Source of the DNA: Nymphaea colorata
Taxonomy: Eukaryota
Direction: 5' to 3'
Assembly: GCF_008831285.2 (NCBI RefSeq)
Contig: NC_045138.2
Location: forward strand, 11,036,001-11,100,000
Length of the DNA: 64,000 nt
Within the stretch, counting starts at the first letter, position 1, and each line of letters starts with the position of its first letter. Shown here in pieces: positions 27,011 to 38,370 of the stretch. The position numbers were made by a program, and so were the translations under genes. The notes under the pieces are model-generated. The model had not been told where the DNA came from, made no database searches, and was given only the letters and a program-made list of their open reading frames with translations.

Positions 27011-29756
27011 GGGCCATGGTGGGACCACTGAGTGTAAATATGCCACCAGTGCATGAATGAAGTCTACATAAAATTGATATTGAAAGGATTATTTGATATA
27101 TTTATGCCAATCTTGCTGCATAGTTGGCCAGTAATAGCCAGCTCTGATTAATTACTTGGTGAGAGTTTGATAGCCGGAACGACCACTATAAATTCCTTCA
27201 GAATTATGGAAAATATGGAACATCTAGAATATTCTACACTGAACCTCCCCTGTGTAAAATTATGACAAGTATGAAATATCAACTGGATATTCTTTGAATT
27301 GCTCTCTGCTCTTTTTTGGACATGTATTGATGGAAGTTTCTAGTTTCCAAGTTGTTTTTTATATTTTGATACCAACATGTATTGATGGAAATTTCTAGTT
27401 TTCAAGTTGTTTTTTATATTTTGATACCAGAGTGCTTTTTGTGATTCCACCTAGTTGACATGTTTTGTCCTTTCATAGGCGGGATGAGTCAGCCTTCCAA
27501 CTTCAAAGGTTTACATGGCCCGAATTCTAGAAGGTAATAATGGAGCCTAGGCTGGCTAGACCATATCCAAACCTATTAAACTCCCTTCTGACATGGAGAA
27601 GTTGAAATTCGTCAAACTATTTGATCAGTGCTTTGGTCATCTCTTGATACGGCATGAGTTTAGAATCTTTCACTTTCCATTCTTCATTGAATTGATTTAC
27701 AATAAAGAGGGAGTCTTTATAAGCATGAATTCTTTTGACAATAAATTCTAGTAGTATCTTGAGGCCTTGAATAAGGGCTTGATATTCTATTTTGTTGTGT
27801 GTGCAGATGAAATCTAGCTTGAGGCAATATGATATCATTTCCTTTTCGACTAAGAGTATGAAGGACTCTTATTCCTATTCATCCATCCAAAAAACAAAGT
27901 CCACGCCGGTGTAGACTCTACATGTAAGATATGTTCATTAGGAAAACTGTTCTTTGCCATAAGTTTATCTGCTAAGCCAAAATCAACCAACAGATCGGCC
28001 ATTGCATGTCCTTTTATAGACTTTTGAGAAATGTATTCTAGATCATACTGCATGAAGAGTACTTTCTATTTAGCAATTCAACCACTTTCAAAATATATTT
28101 GAGGGGATTTAATTGAGGATTACTTTGGTTGCACATGATAGAAGGTAGTGCTTGACTTGCTAACAAATTCATACTAATGCTAGGCAAGTTTTTTTTTTTA
28201 TTGGCGAATATTGATTTTGATATTAAATGAAAGTCTTGCTCACATAGTATATTGCATGTCCAATTTTACACCTTTCATTACATTGGGCTAAAAATGATTC
28301 ACAAGCTGAGTTGTTAATAGACATATACAATAAAAGTGGTTTCTCCAATACTAGTAGTTGAATGGTAGGTGGATCCAGTAGGTACAATTTGATACTCTCC
28401 AATTGCCCACATTGTGGGCTCTACTCAAATTTCACCCCTTTTATGAGAAGATGGTTGAGTGGCTTCATCTAAGAGCCATGTTTAAAATGAATCTTTTGAT
28501 TGCTTGAATTCTACCTTGCAAGCTTCTCAGTTCTTTAAGGGAGGCTTGTTATATTCAAAATCATAATATTTTAGAATAAAATGCATATTTTTTAAGAAAT
28601 TAGAATTATTAAAAAAACATGGTAGTTTGTTTCCTAAATTAGGAAACTATAACCTAGAATTTTGATTTTGCTTTAGTTTGGGAAAGAATTATGATTCTAT
28701 AATTTTCAATCTTGAATCAAAATTCCAAATATCAAATGCTACCTAAGAGTCCTTGGGACTGGCATATCAATTATGGCCTTAGCCTTTGTCAGATCTATTT
28801 CAATCCCCTTTTGTTTTCTGACCATATAGTTGATAATATTTTTTTAACTCAACACAGAATACACATTTTTGTGGGTTTAACTTCAATTAGTAATGAATCA
28901 AATCTATCAAAAAACTTGCTTGAGGACATTATGATGGTTGGTTTAAATCTTGAACTTAACTAGGATGCTACCAACATATACATCCATAAATTTATGCATT
29001 TGATCATGAAAAGCTATTGCCATTGCTTGATGATATGTAGCTCCTACATTTTTTAGTTTGAATGGCATCACTGTTTAGTATGTTTTCAGTTGATCTTTGA
29101 CTGCTAACTTGATCTTATTATAGCATAAATAACCATCTCTATAGTGCTGCTTATCAATATATCATTATTCGGCAATGGATAGTCATATTTTAGAATGGCT
29201 TTATTGAGATCATGACGGTCTATGTATATTCTGACTTCCTCAATTTTCTTTGGTAATACAACAAAGTTTGCCAACCATTCTGGATAGTCGAAGGTTATGA
29301 TGAATCTCGATTTTAAAAGATCTTCTAATCCTTCTTTAACATTGCCTTCGATTATAGGGTCTAGCTTTCTCATTTTTTTGTTTCAAGGGATTACTTTTAG
29401 GTTTTGAAATCAACCTATGTTACACAACATTTGGATCTAACTCTGGCATGTCTTTGTAGGTCTAAGCAAAAACACCTTTATATTCTTTAAGGAACTTGAT
29501 GAACTTTCCTTCCTTTTCAGCATCGAGGTTGCCACCAATCTGAACCATCTTTATCTGCCTTGATATTTATTTCTTTAGTAAGATAGTCAGTGGCTAATCT
29601 TACAGTTGTACCAATTCATCTGTCTCTAATTCTGACTATGTTGTTTCTCTTAATTCGTCAAGTTCTTGAATTTTGTGAGCTCTTACTACTTTTTGTTGCG
29701 GTTGTAATATTATAGGATTGATTATTAACTTGTGAGGCTTACATGTCATCTTGGCC
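27003..29756 (-). mobile_element. Ogre/Tat-type Ty3 pol fragment 2 (RT, RNase H, additional archaeal-type RNase H, integrase N-terminus)
   Basis: Contains RT PEWLANFVVLPKK...DLNKA.LKYDYPLP (29104-29373), the tether YDLEYISQKSIKGHAMADLL, the aRH segment CTHNKIEYQALIQGL...DSLFIVNQFNEEWKVKD (27617-27838) and the integrase start HSVVPPWPF (~27010). It also has a 55-bp tandem duplication at 27320-27429 and an AT-rich MITE-like insert at ~28550-28745. Confidence 0.88.
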
Positions 29757-31329
29757 CTGTAAAAATACTAATTGAGAGGAAATGTGATAGTAATATGACA
29801 ATTTGAGGGAATATGAAAGTGGGAGAACACTGCTTTCATGATAGTATAAAATCATATCTTTATTGGTTACTAGAAAGAAAGGAGGGCCCCCCTAGTGTCC
29901 CAACAATGCTAAGGGAGAATAATTATTGTAGTACATAAATTCTTCTAGACATAGCCTTTCCCATAGTTGTTCATTCTTTTCATAAAAAAGAGGATAAACT
30001 CATGATATGCATCAAAGCCTCTGAGACATAGTGCCTTCACCATTATTACTTTAGCTATAGTTTCATAAGAGCTTTCATCAATGAGGATGATGAACAACTT
30101 CTCCAAGAGTGGAAATTGTTTCAATGGGATGTGATTTTTCAAAATGGCTACGAAAGAATTGTCTAAAATAAAACAAATCAAAGTCAAGTCTTGAGTAGTG
30201 ATGAATTGATTAAATAGCCTTCTCAAAGCATTGTTCTTTCCATAAGATTTGCTGAGCATGATAGTCACCTTTTCAAGGCAGTGCTGAGGGCCTTGCACGT
30301 CAAAGCTCACTGCTTTCCCTTAAAATTTGAGCCCTTACAATTTTGAGATTTGGAGTTTGTACTTTTCTAATATTGATCCTCTGCAGTTGACAATCTTTAG
30401 CTCTTTCATACTAAGATGCTTGCTGATAACTGTTTCTGACTTGACTGCAGTGTTTTCTACCGTGTATAACCTCTTTAGCTTTAGAGACTCAAAATGCCGC
30501 AACAAGACTTTGAGGGCCTTCATAGAGACTTAATCAATAACTACCTTATTCATAATGACAAAATTGTTGAAGTCAATGGTCTGATGCTTAGGTGTTCTAT
30601 GTCGCAAGATGAGAGCATGTAGGTAAATCATATAATTGAAGATGGTCGCTTGTGGGATATCTAGGTGTAGCAGTCCAGTCCATTTGGGGGCTCTAAGATC
30701 CAATTCAAACTCTTTCACATTTCTTCTTAGGCAAAGCTATAACCATTTGTTGAATTAGGAATCAAAATGCTTGTCAGTGATGACCTAGAGCTAAAACTTT
30801 TGCATGTCATCTTTATTAAATACCATATACTGTTCCATCAATTCAATTATCTTATGTTTTCTGAGATGAGTGAGTCTTTCTTTTCATTCATGAAACAAGG
30901 CAACATCCTACAGATAGTTTGAATAATGTTATTTCTTATGCAACCATGCACAAAATTTGAGTTTGCCCTAGATTCACAATCAATGGCATAGTCCACAAAT
31001 CTTATCGGTTCTTCAGCCAAGGTGAGTCTGCGGCTTGCTCAGTAGGGATGGATGAAACAATCTTGACAACATCATCTCTTGGCAGATCATCCAGTGGGCT
31101 TGGTGGTGCTTGGGCTATAACTTTTGTTGTTTGCATTACTTCCTTTATGTTTAACCTTTTAAATTTGAATACAACTGCAGTCATAAAGAAAAGATGGACG
31201 ACACATGGAGACACAGAAAGAAGTGTTCTTTGTTGATGTTTGAAAAGGAAGACGAGACAAGAAGCACATGGCACATAAAAAAGAGGAGAATCAAAAACTA
31301 TAATTGTATTTATTCAAAATGTTTGGAGT

Positions 31330-32250
31330 ATAAGAATAAACTCAACGACAATAGGGATGGGGAGTGACACTCCTCCACCATGACAAGTACAATCTAGACC
31401 TACTAGGTCGATCATGACAAAGACCCTCTAAATGGTCGACCAGTTTGCTGCTGCCAAAGTGCTAATGTGATTCCAATCCTCAGACCCCAAATGTTGATCG
31501 ATGATGGTGGGATCTCCTTTCGGGACATCAAAAGAAGTAAACAATATCCCAAAGAATGGAACATCCAACATTTGACGATATGCATGTATAGAGAGGGTGT
31601 AATTGCTATACAACTTGAAATCTTGCATCTCTGGTGTTTTTAGTAAGTATGTTGTATAAAAGGCAAAACATCTTAACAAGGTCCTGGTGCGGTAGGTCCC
31701 TCACATCTTGAATAACTAAAGTGTGTGAAGGTTCAATGTACTCTACCCATTAGTGAAGATAAGCAGTCCAATGGTACACAAACACATGGCCTTTCGAGTC
31801 CTCTCCTATATGGACTTTGGTTGGGCTAACATATGCTTTGTGGTGCCTTGTAAGTGGGCGTTGATATCTATGAATTGAATATGTACACTTCTGTTCTCTG
31901 ACTTCAAGTTTTTCACGTGATGAATCCAGTCAGCCTATGAAGTAGCTCCTTGTAGTTGATCACCCTTTTGTTTATGAAGAATAGACTTTCCATTGGCTCT
32001 CTGATGTCACCTACTAGGTTGGGGAGGCTGAGGACATAAGAGAACTCATTTAAGAGTGGTGTCATCTCTTTCCATGGAAAACAAAATTTTCTCATGTAGG
32101 GGTTCCTTCTCTTTACTAGTGCTTGAATCAGCAGTCATTCACCTCCTTCTTGTGGGAAACCAACTGTCTCCAATCCGCAGTCATCAAGATACCTGGGATA
32201 AGCCATCAAGAACTACTCCAACCACTCTGAGTGCCATCTTGGAGTAGGAA
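31330..32250 (-). mobile_element. Retrotransposon accessory ORF remnant, aminotransferase-like plant mobile domain (PMD)/Ogre ORF1-like
   Basis: ORF 31913-32095 has FCFPWKEMTPLLNEFSYVLSLP, matching the F-x-F-x3-EMTPTLEE-x4-L-x-LP signature. A frameshifted continuation reads AMCLCTIGLLIF. Confidence 0.6.
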
Positions 32251-32406
32251 CGACTATGGGAAAGATCAATGTGTCTAAGTCTCCTTGTAGGATGGTGTGT
32301 ACAATGTGATGGTGGGGATGTGTCCGGAACATAGTGACTGGAAGGTCAAGATAGATAATTGATCAAGAACTTGAGGTGGCTAGACTGGCTGAGCCAACCC
32401 AATAGA

Positions 32407-32868
32407 GAGGTTAAAAATAAAGATAATTAAGTTTTATTATAAACAATTTTATAAAGATAATTAAGTTTAGGTGCATTGACTTTTCATCATATCAAAGTTT
32501 TATTATAAACAATTTTATAAAGATGAAGCGTATGAGTATATATATCCCTACAATCAAAAGTTATATTTATGATCTTTATAATGAGTACAAGAATGTTTAT
32601 ACATCAAAGACACATTCTACTAGTTATTTTATTAATGTTGATAAGCATAATTATGTGTTTAACTTCACTTCAGCAGTAGAGTTTTCTCTCAAGGAAGTAG
32701 TGCATCATTTGATTTTCTTAAAGAATCTTCACAAGGTTAGTGCATATTTTGATATTTTGGAGGAACCTATTTATTCAAAGAACAATCCAATTGATATTTT
32801 GATATGATGAAAAGTCAATGCACCTAAATGTCACATATTATCTAAAATGAGATATGAAATTTTGGCTA
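32407..32868 (+). mobile_element. hAT (Ac/RICESLEEPER-like) transposase C-terminal fragment, pseudogenised
   Basis: Translates as RLKIKIIKFYYKQFYKD...IKSYIYDLYNEYK...LEEPIYSKNNPIDILI**KVNAPKCHILSKMRYEILA. This is the decayed YLEEP..DIL.WWK.N...YP.LS.MARDILA dimerisation domain, with WW mutated to TGA TGA. Confidence 0.8.
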
Positions 32869-32869
32869 A

Positions 32870-35800
32870 CCTTCGCAGGTGGGCCGGATCGGGTCCAGAC
32901 CTGACCTGAACCCATCCGCGTGGGAGCCCGATGCGAGGGCTCTTCTCCCTCGCCTTCCTCAGTGTCTCCCTCTTCTTCGTCTCTCGCTGGTTCACACGAC
33001 TTAGAGAAACAAGAGGTGGATGGAGTGGCAGCAGTGACGAGGTGAATGGTGGTTGCAACGGTTGAGGTACTCGCAGAGGTGAAGGGCCACGGCGCTGCAG
33101 TAAACCCTTCCATTCTCTCTATCCCTTCTATTTTCTCTCGCTCACTGTTCTTTGTCGACTCCCCCTCTATCCTGACTCTTCTATGTCGTCTTCCTCTCTA
33201 ATCCGAGTTCTCTCCCTACAGCTCTCATGACCCCTCTCGTCCTCTCGTAGTCAGTCCCCTTCACGCTCTCCCTGCTTTCCCCTGATCATGTCCCCCTCCC
33301 TCTTTCCTGAGCATGTTGTCCATCTCCCCCTTGCCATTTTCGATCAGCCTCCCCTCTCCGTTTACACTCTTGTGTCCCTGCTCACATTTTTCTCTCTCTG
33401 CATTCTCTCTTGCACTCTCGTCTCTTCGTTTGCACACACTCTCTCCTGCATGGTCTTCTTCCTTCGCAACTCTCCCGCACTCTCCCTCTCTGCATACTCT
33501 GTCTCGCTCACACCTGCCCTATCTCCCTCAACCCAACAACCTATGTCACAGCCGAATTTCTTCTTCTCTCGGCACACCCTTTTTTAACTTTCTTTCACTA
33601 TTTTTCATCTACTTACTGTTGTTGGGTTTGGAATTGCAGCTTGGGGACGCTTCTTTCCTCTTGTATCAGTATCAAAGGCATTGGTGGTGGTGGCATTGAA
33701 TGATTTTAGCCGTTGGGGATCAATTGAGAATTTGAGGTGGCTATCGGGAATACTACGATAGTTTGGACTTTAAGATTGGGGTGAGGAGACCCAATCGAGC
33801 TTAAATTATTTAAAATTTACTGTTGGAGCATGTATAACTATTAATTGAGCATGCTGGACTTAAGATTAGATGAAGTATAATGCATGTTGGCGACATTGCT
33901 ATTTTGGGGGAAAGTCTAGGACTATTTTGGAGGAACGATGATCCATGTCTATAATGATCTTTTTAGCATGATGCATTGATTTTGAAAGCAATTAGGAAGC
34001 ATGATAGAGATTTGATATCATGGAGAAGTTGTAGGACCGTCCTTGTGAACACATGACGCACGCTATTGTCGATGTGCATAATACGTGTTGGTTGGAAAAG
34101 AGTGTGTATGTTGGGAAGACGTCTCAACTAAGGAAAGCAAGTGATAAATGTGTTAGTGATAGATTGATCGAAGCCTTGAGTTTAGATGTTTGGTCACAAC
34201 CTCAAATAATTGGGAAGAAGCCTATTGGAGGGCTTTATGGGTTGAAACTACTTGTTGACACCCTCTTGAGGCGATAACATGTCTCAATGATTATGTTTCA
34301 TACTTATATAAATTGTAAAGTGAAGCGAGTAGAGAACTTATCGCTTGATTGCATTTGCAGGTACACCGGTACGTCCAATAGACCTTGAGCGACCAGATTT
34401 AAAGCTTGAGGCATTTTGAATATTTTGGTGACGTGCGACAGGTATGTATGTCGGCATTTCAGGCAAATCCTTGTTTGGGGCCAACTTTTGAATGTATGTT
34501 TTTAGGATCGTTGGATCATGTGATTGAATGATTGTATAAATGAGAATTGAATGCTTATGTGATAAGTTTTGTTTTGAAAATTACTATGCAATTGCATGTG
34601 CATGCTAAAATTGAAAATTGATAACTGCTTAGGACAGATGAGATAGGGTATTGAGTTGAGTATTTCCTCGACCCTGATTGTGCATTAGAAAGCATCCTAG
34701 AATGATAACTGCATAGGACAAATATGAGTCAATCACAGATCGAGACTACTCTCTATGGTTTGGCTAAGTTTTGAAAGATGTGATTTATGTATTTTATTAA
34801 TGTGAATGTTGTGGTATATTGCATGTACATTGCCATGGGCATGATACAAATGAATGAATTGAAGAGTAGTTGTGTTCATAATGTTATGACATGTAACTAA
34901 GAATGTTAATGTTATGTGTAGTCCTCGTGTGAAGGCAATTGGATGTGTGGGTACACTCGTGAAGTGAACCAACCTCATGAGCTAGCCAGTCATTTTGTGA
35001 ATATGCTTTCATAATGATAAGTAAGAAAGAATAAGAGATGAGAGGCCAGTGGCTTGTGGCAATGTGTTTGGGAGTTGTTGCACCTTCACCACTGTTCTCG
35101 CCTGCTCGGAACACAGGTGGTGCAAGGCCTCAGGGTACCGTTGTGTGATGTGTTTGAAGCATTGAGATCCCACATTCCCAAACTGGGGGTCCTAGGAAAG
35201 GCTGAGCATCTCTCCTTTAAATTCACACATTCATGGACGAGTGCTCTTTCACTATAGTGTGAATGGATCCATATTATTTTGGGCCACCATGAGAGTTGTC
35301 TCTCAGCTGTAGGCCGCCCGCGGTCTATGTTTGCACTCACAGGAACTGTCAATTCACTGTAGCTAATGTAAATGAAAAAGAATGTGAATGAAGTGAATGT
35401 GAATGTTGTGCTTATGAATGAAGTGCATGTGACTAATGAAAGTGTTAGGCACGGCCAGTGAGTGGCCTTTACATGTCATGATATATGTGAGAGGTCTTCT
35501 TGACAAGTTATGTGACTATGCCCTATCACGATATGATGGTGATTTGCTTTTATAATTGTGATTATCTTATATTTGAGCACTTACCTTAGAGGGTTAGGGA
35601 TTTATTTGACTTGTTGCCATACTACAAAGGCAAAGCCTTCAGTTATCTTTCTTTTTCAGGTTTTTGCGGACCCGAGGCTGCAGGTTGATCAAATGGCTCT
35701 ACTCACGTCCTACAAGGGAGGTTTTGGGTCTATGGTAGTGCCGCACATCTTATTTTGGTCTTATTGATGTCTTCTTTTTATTAGGCACCAATATTGTGTT

Positions 35801-36790
35801 TTTAAGGTATTTTTGTCATATGGGTTATCATGAAATGTGAAGTGATTTAGTATAAACAAGAATTCTTTATATAATGGAAAGTTTGCCCCATTGTCTTTGA
35901 ATTACATAGCTCCTTTTCTTTTGAATTGTTGTGTCAGAGTTATGGCAAAGCCCACTATGGATGTGAGTTAAAATTTATCTGTGAAGCTGTGTTGTCAAGG
36001 TATGTGCTACTTGATTGAATTTTTATTGCAGTTTTGATTTTACAGTAATATATACGTACATAATATGATTGATGTTTTGAGATATTGTGTTAATGCACGT
36101 TTGTGATTTGACTTGAAAAATTGGACATAATCCTTGTTTGATAATGAGAGTTCTTGTTTATACTGACAGAGTACCAACGTAGGGGTAAAAAGCAAGTTGG
36201 GCCGATTACAGAGGCACAAAGAGAGCCAAGTTCGGCCCATTCAGATGCGCATACCCTATTGGATGATAGTATGTCAGGGTAACAGTATGTCCACACTAGT
36301 GTGGGTGCCCAAACCCCACCAAGGCAAACTCCACTTATTGATCAACAGACTATACTGCTAACAACTTTGCAGACACTGACCTCGCTAGTACAGTCGATGG
36401 TTACTAATCAAAGGAGTCATGCATCTCCTACAGGAGACACTACTGCACCACCTAAGGAGAAGGCTTCTTCGGTGTCATTCAAGCAATTTATGTCAATGCA
36501 ACCGCCTGTCTTTATTAGAGATGGTAGCCCAAACTAGGCAGAGGAATGGATTGAAGATGTTGAACGCATCTTCGAGCTTCTAAAGATGCCAGAAGGAGAC
36601 AATTAATTATGACTCTTATTTGTTGAAATGTGACGCCAAAAGATGGTGGCAATCGACCCGTGAGATTCGGTTTGCAGGCCAACAATCGATCTCATAGAAG
36701 TAGTTCAGAGATTCCTTATTCAGCACTTACTTCCCAACACATGTCAAAAACAAGAAGATGCAAGAGTTTCTTGAATTTGCAGCAAAATAA
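32870..36790 (+). mobile_element. Tekay/Del-like Ty3 element: long LTR/5' region plus truncated gag
   Basis: Gag at ~36300-36790 reads SFKQFMSMQPPVF...AEEWIEDVERIFELL...AKRWWQS...FSTYFPTHVKNKKMQEFL. It is preceded by ~3 kb of non-coding sequence with a pyrimidine-rich block and a TG-rich block, as in long Ty3 LTRs. The LTR edges are not defined. Confidence 0.65.
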
Positions 36791-38370
36791 TTTATTCTAG
36801 GCTACGGTCTCCACTTTTTTCACTTAAAAGCCATCATTTCACAACTTACTTCAATGAACAGTGCTCCAGAAAAGAAACGAAGCCGTCATTTGGATACCTT
36901 ACCTTGATGAACAGTGCTTATAGGTGAGTGAAAGCACCTCAAAGGATAGCTGAAACTCTCTTTTTCCTTCTTGCCTCATAGACTGGCATGAGAAGAGTTA
37001 GTGCGCCATTAATTTGGTCTAAAATTCTACCCCATATAGCCCAAGAGCATAACGGCCACATCTACCAACCCGGCCACGTTATGTAAAAGCAGGTGAATGG
37101 TGCTTCTATTGACAACATTGAATATAAAATATTTGTAGGCATGTGCAGGCACGTTGCCCAGATCATGACGACTGTGAAACAGTGATTAGGAGAAAAAAAG
37201 AACAAGGAAAAACTAGACTTCTCTTAAGTATGACAGAGAGACCTAAACATGACTAATGGAAACGCCATTAATATAGCATCAGACAACAAAATTCTGATGG
37301 AAACGCCATTAGTATAGCATCAAAATAGGTAGGAATGATTCTTTTTTATAATTTTTCTTAAATTTTTGAGCAAAATTCCTGCCGGAAAACATTTTCAAAG
37401 TAATCAAACAACCCTCTTCTCATGAGTGCACGTTCCACCGCAAAGTGGGGTCTGGCGTTGTTGCCACTTATGCTTGGACCATGCAGGAGGGTGGACTAAC
37501 TAAGCAGCCCCACAATTAATACGAAAAAGTTCTTATCCGAAAAGCGGTGACAGACAACAGAATCACATGGGAAGACTTGTAGTTTAGCTTTTGAACTCGT
37601 TCATGAGAAATTCGAGGGCCAACAAGCTGACGTATACACAGCACATTCACATGGAAAGACTTGTACTTTAGTTGTTTGGACTTTAAGCCCGTTTGATGGC
37701 CTATGATGAGTCTTTTTCATGAAGGAAACATTAAATTTGCATCTACAATTCAAGCTTAGCCAAGCCGAGTTGGAACTCTCCAAGCTCTAGCCGAGCTGAT
37801 GTCAGTCAGCTTGAGCCTGAGCTCAAGCCAACCTGTGGCTTACGCCACTCGAGATGAGCTCGGCTCTTGAACAGCCTTATCTACAATTTAGTTTTTGTCA
37901 TTATCAGAAAGGCCAATACATTTTTTTCAAGTATTTAATTGATAATATATGCAGGGTTGGCGCGAATGAATAAAGGATAAAGTGCCTCCAGCAGCCCGCA
38001 ACAATTCTTACATGATCTAAGCGAAAAGGGGAAATATCTCGCAATCACTCACCGACCCATGCCAAAGAGGTTGCATTTGCATCCTACGCTTTCCTCTGCG
38101 TGGCTTTTCTTTATTTATTTATTTAACTTAGATTTCCAAAGCCCGAGACCGACTTGTTGTGGGACCTTCTTGGCAGGGGCCAAATGTCGAATACGATGTG
38201 GTTGCCTGGGTGTGGTCACCTCATGTCAACTTTCCAACCAAGTACAGTTCGGATCCTGAAGTCAGGTCGCGTCTGCGTAACATGTAAAAAAACCAAACAT
38301 GGTGGTATGTCCAGGTGGAGCTCTGCCTGGAGATTCATTTTCAGTGCCCACAGTCTGATTTCTGATCTTC

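Noticed and set aside
32466..32828. MITE defined by a perfect 31-bp terminal inverted repeat, and a possible LTR start TGTCAC at 32829
   Set aside because: The hAT transposase reading frame runs through the right repeat and on past 32829 (KVNAPKCHILSKM), and there is no TSD. It is better explained as a templated inverted insertion.
32831..33703. Cluster of 70-128 aa ORFs
   Set aside because: They arise from low-complexity pyrimidine-rich LTR-like sequence that is poor in stop codons.
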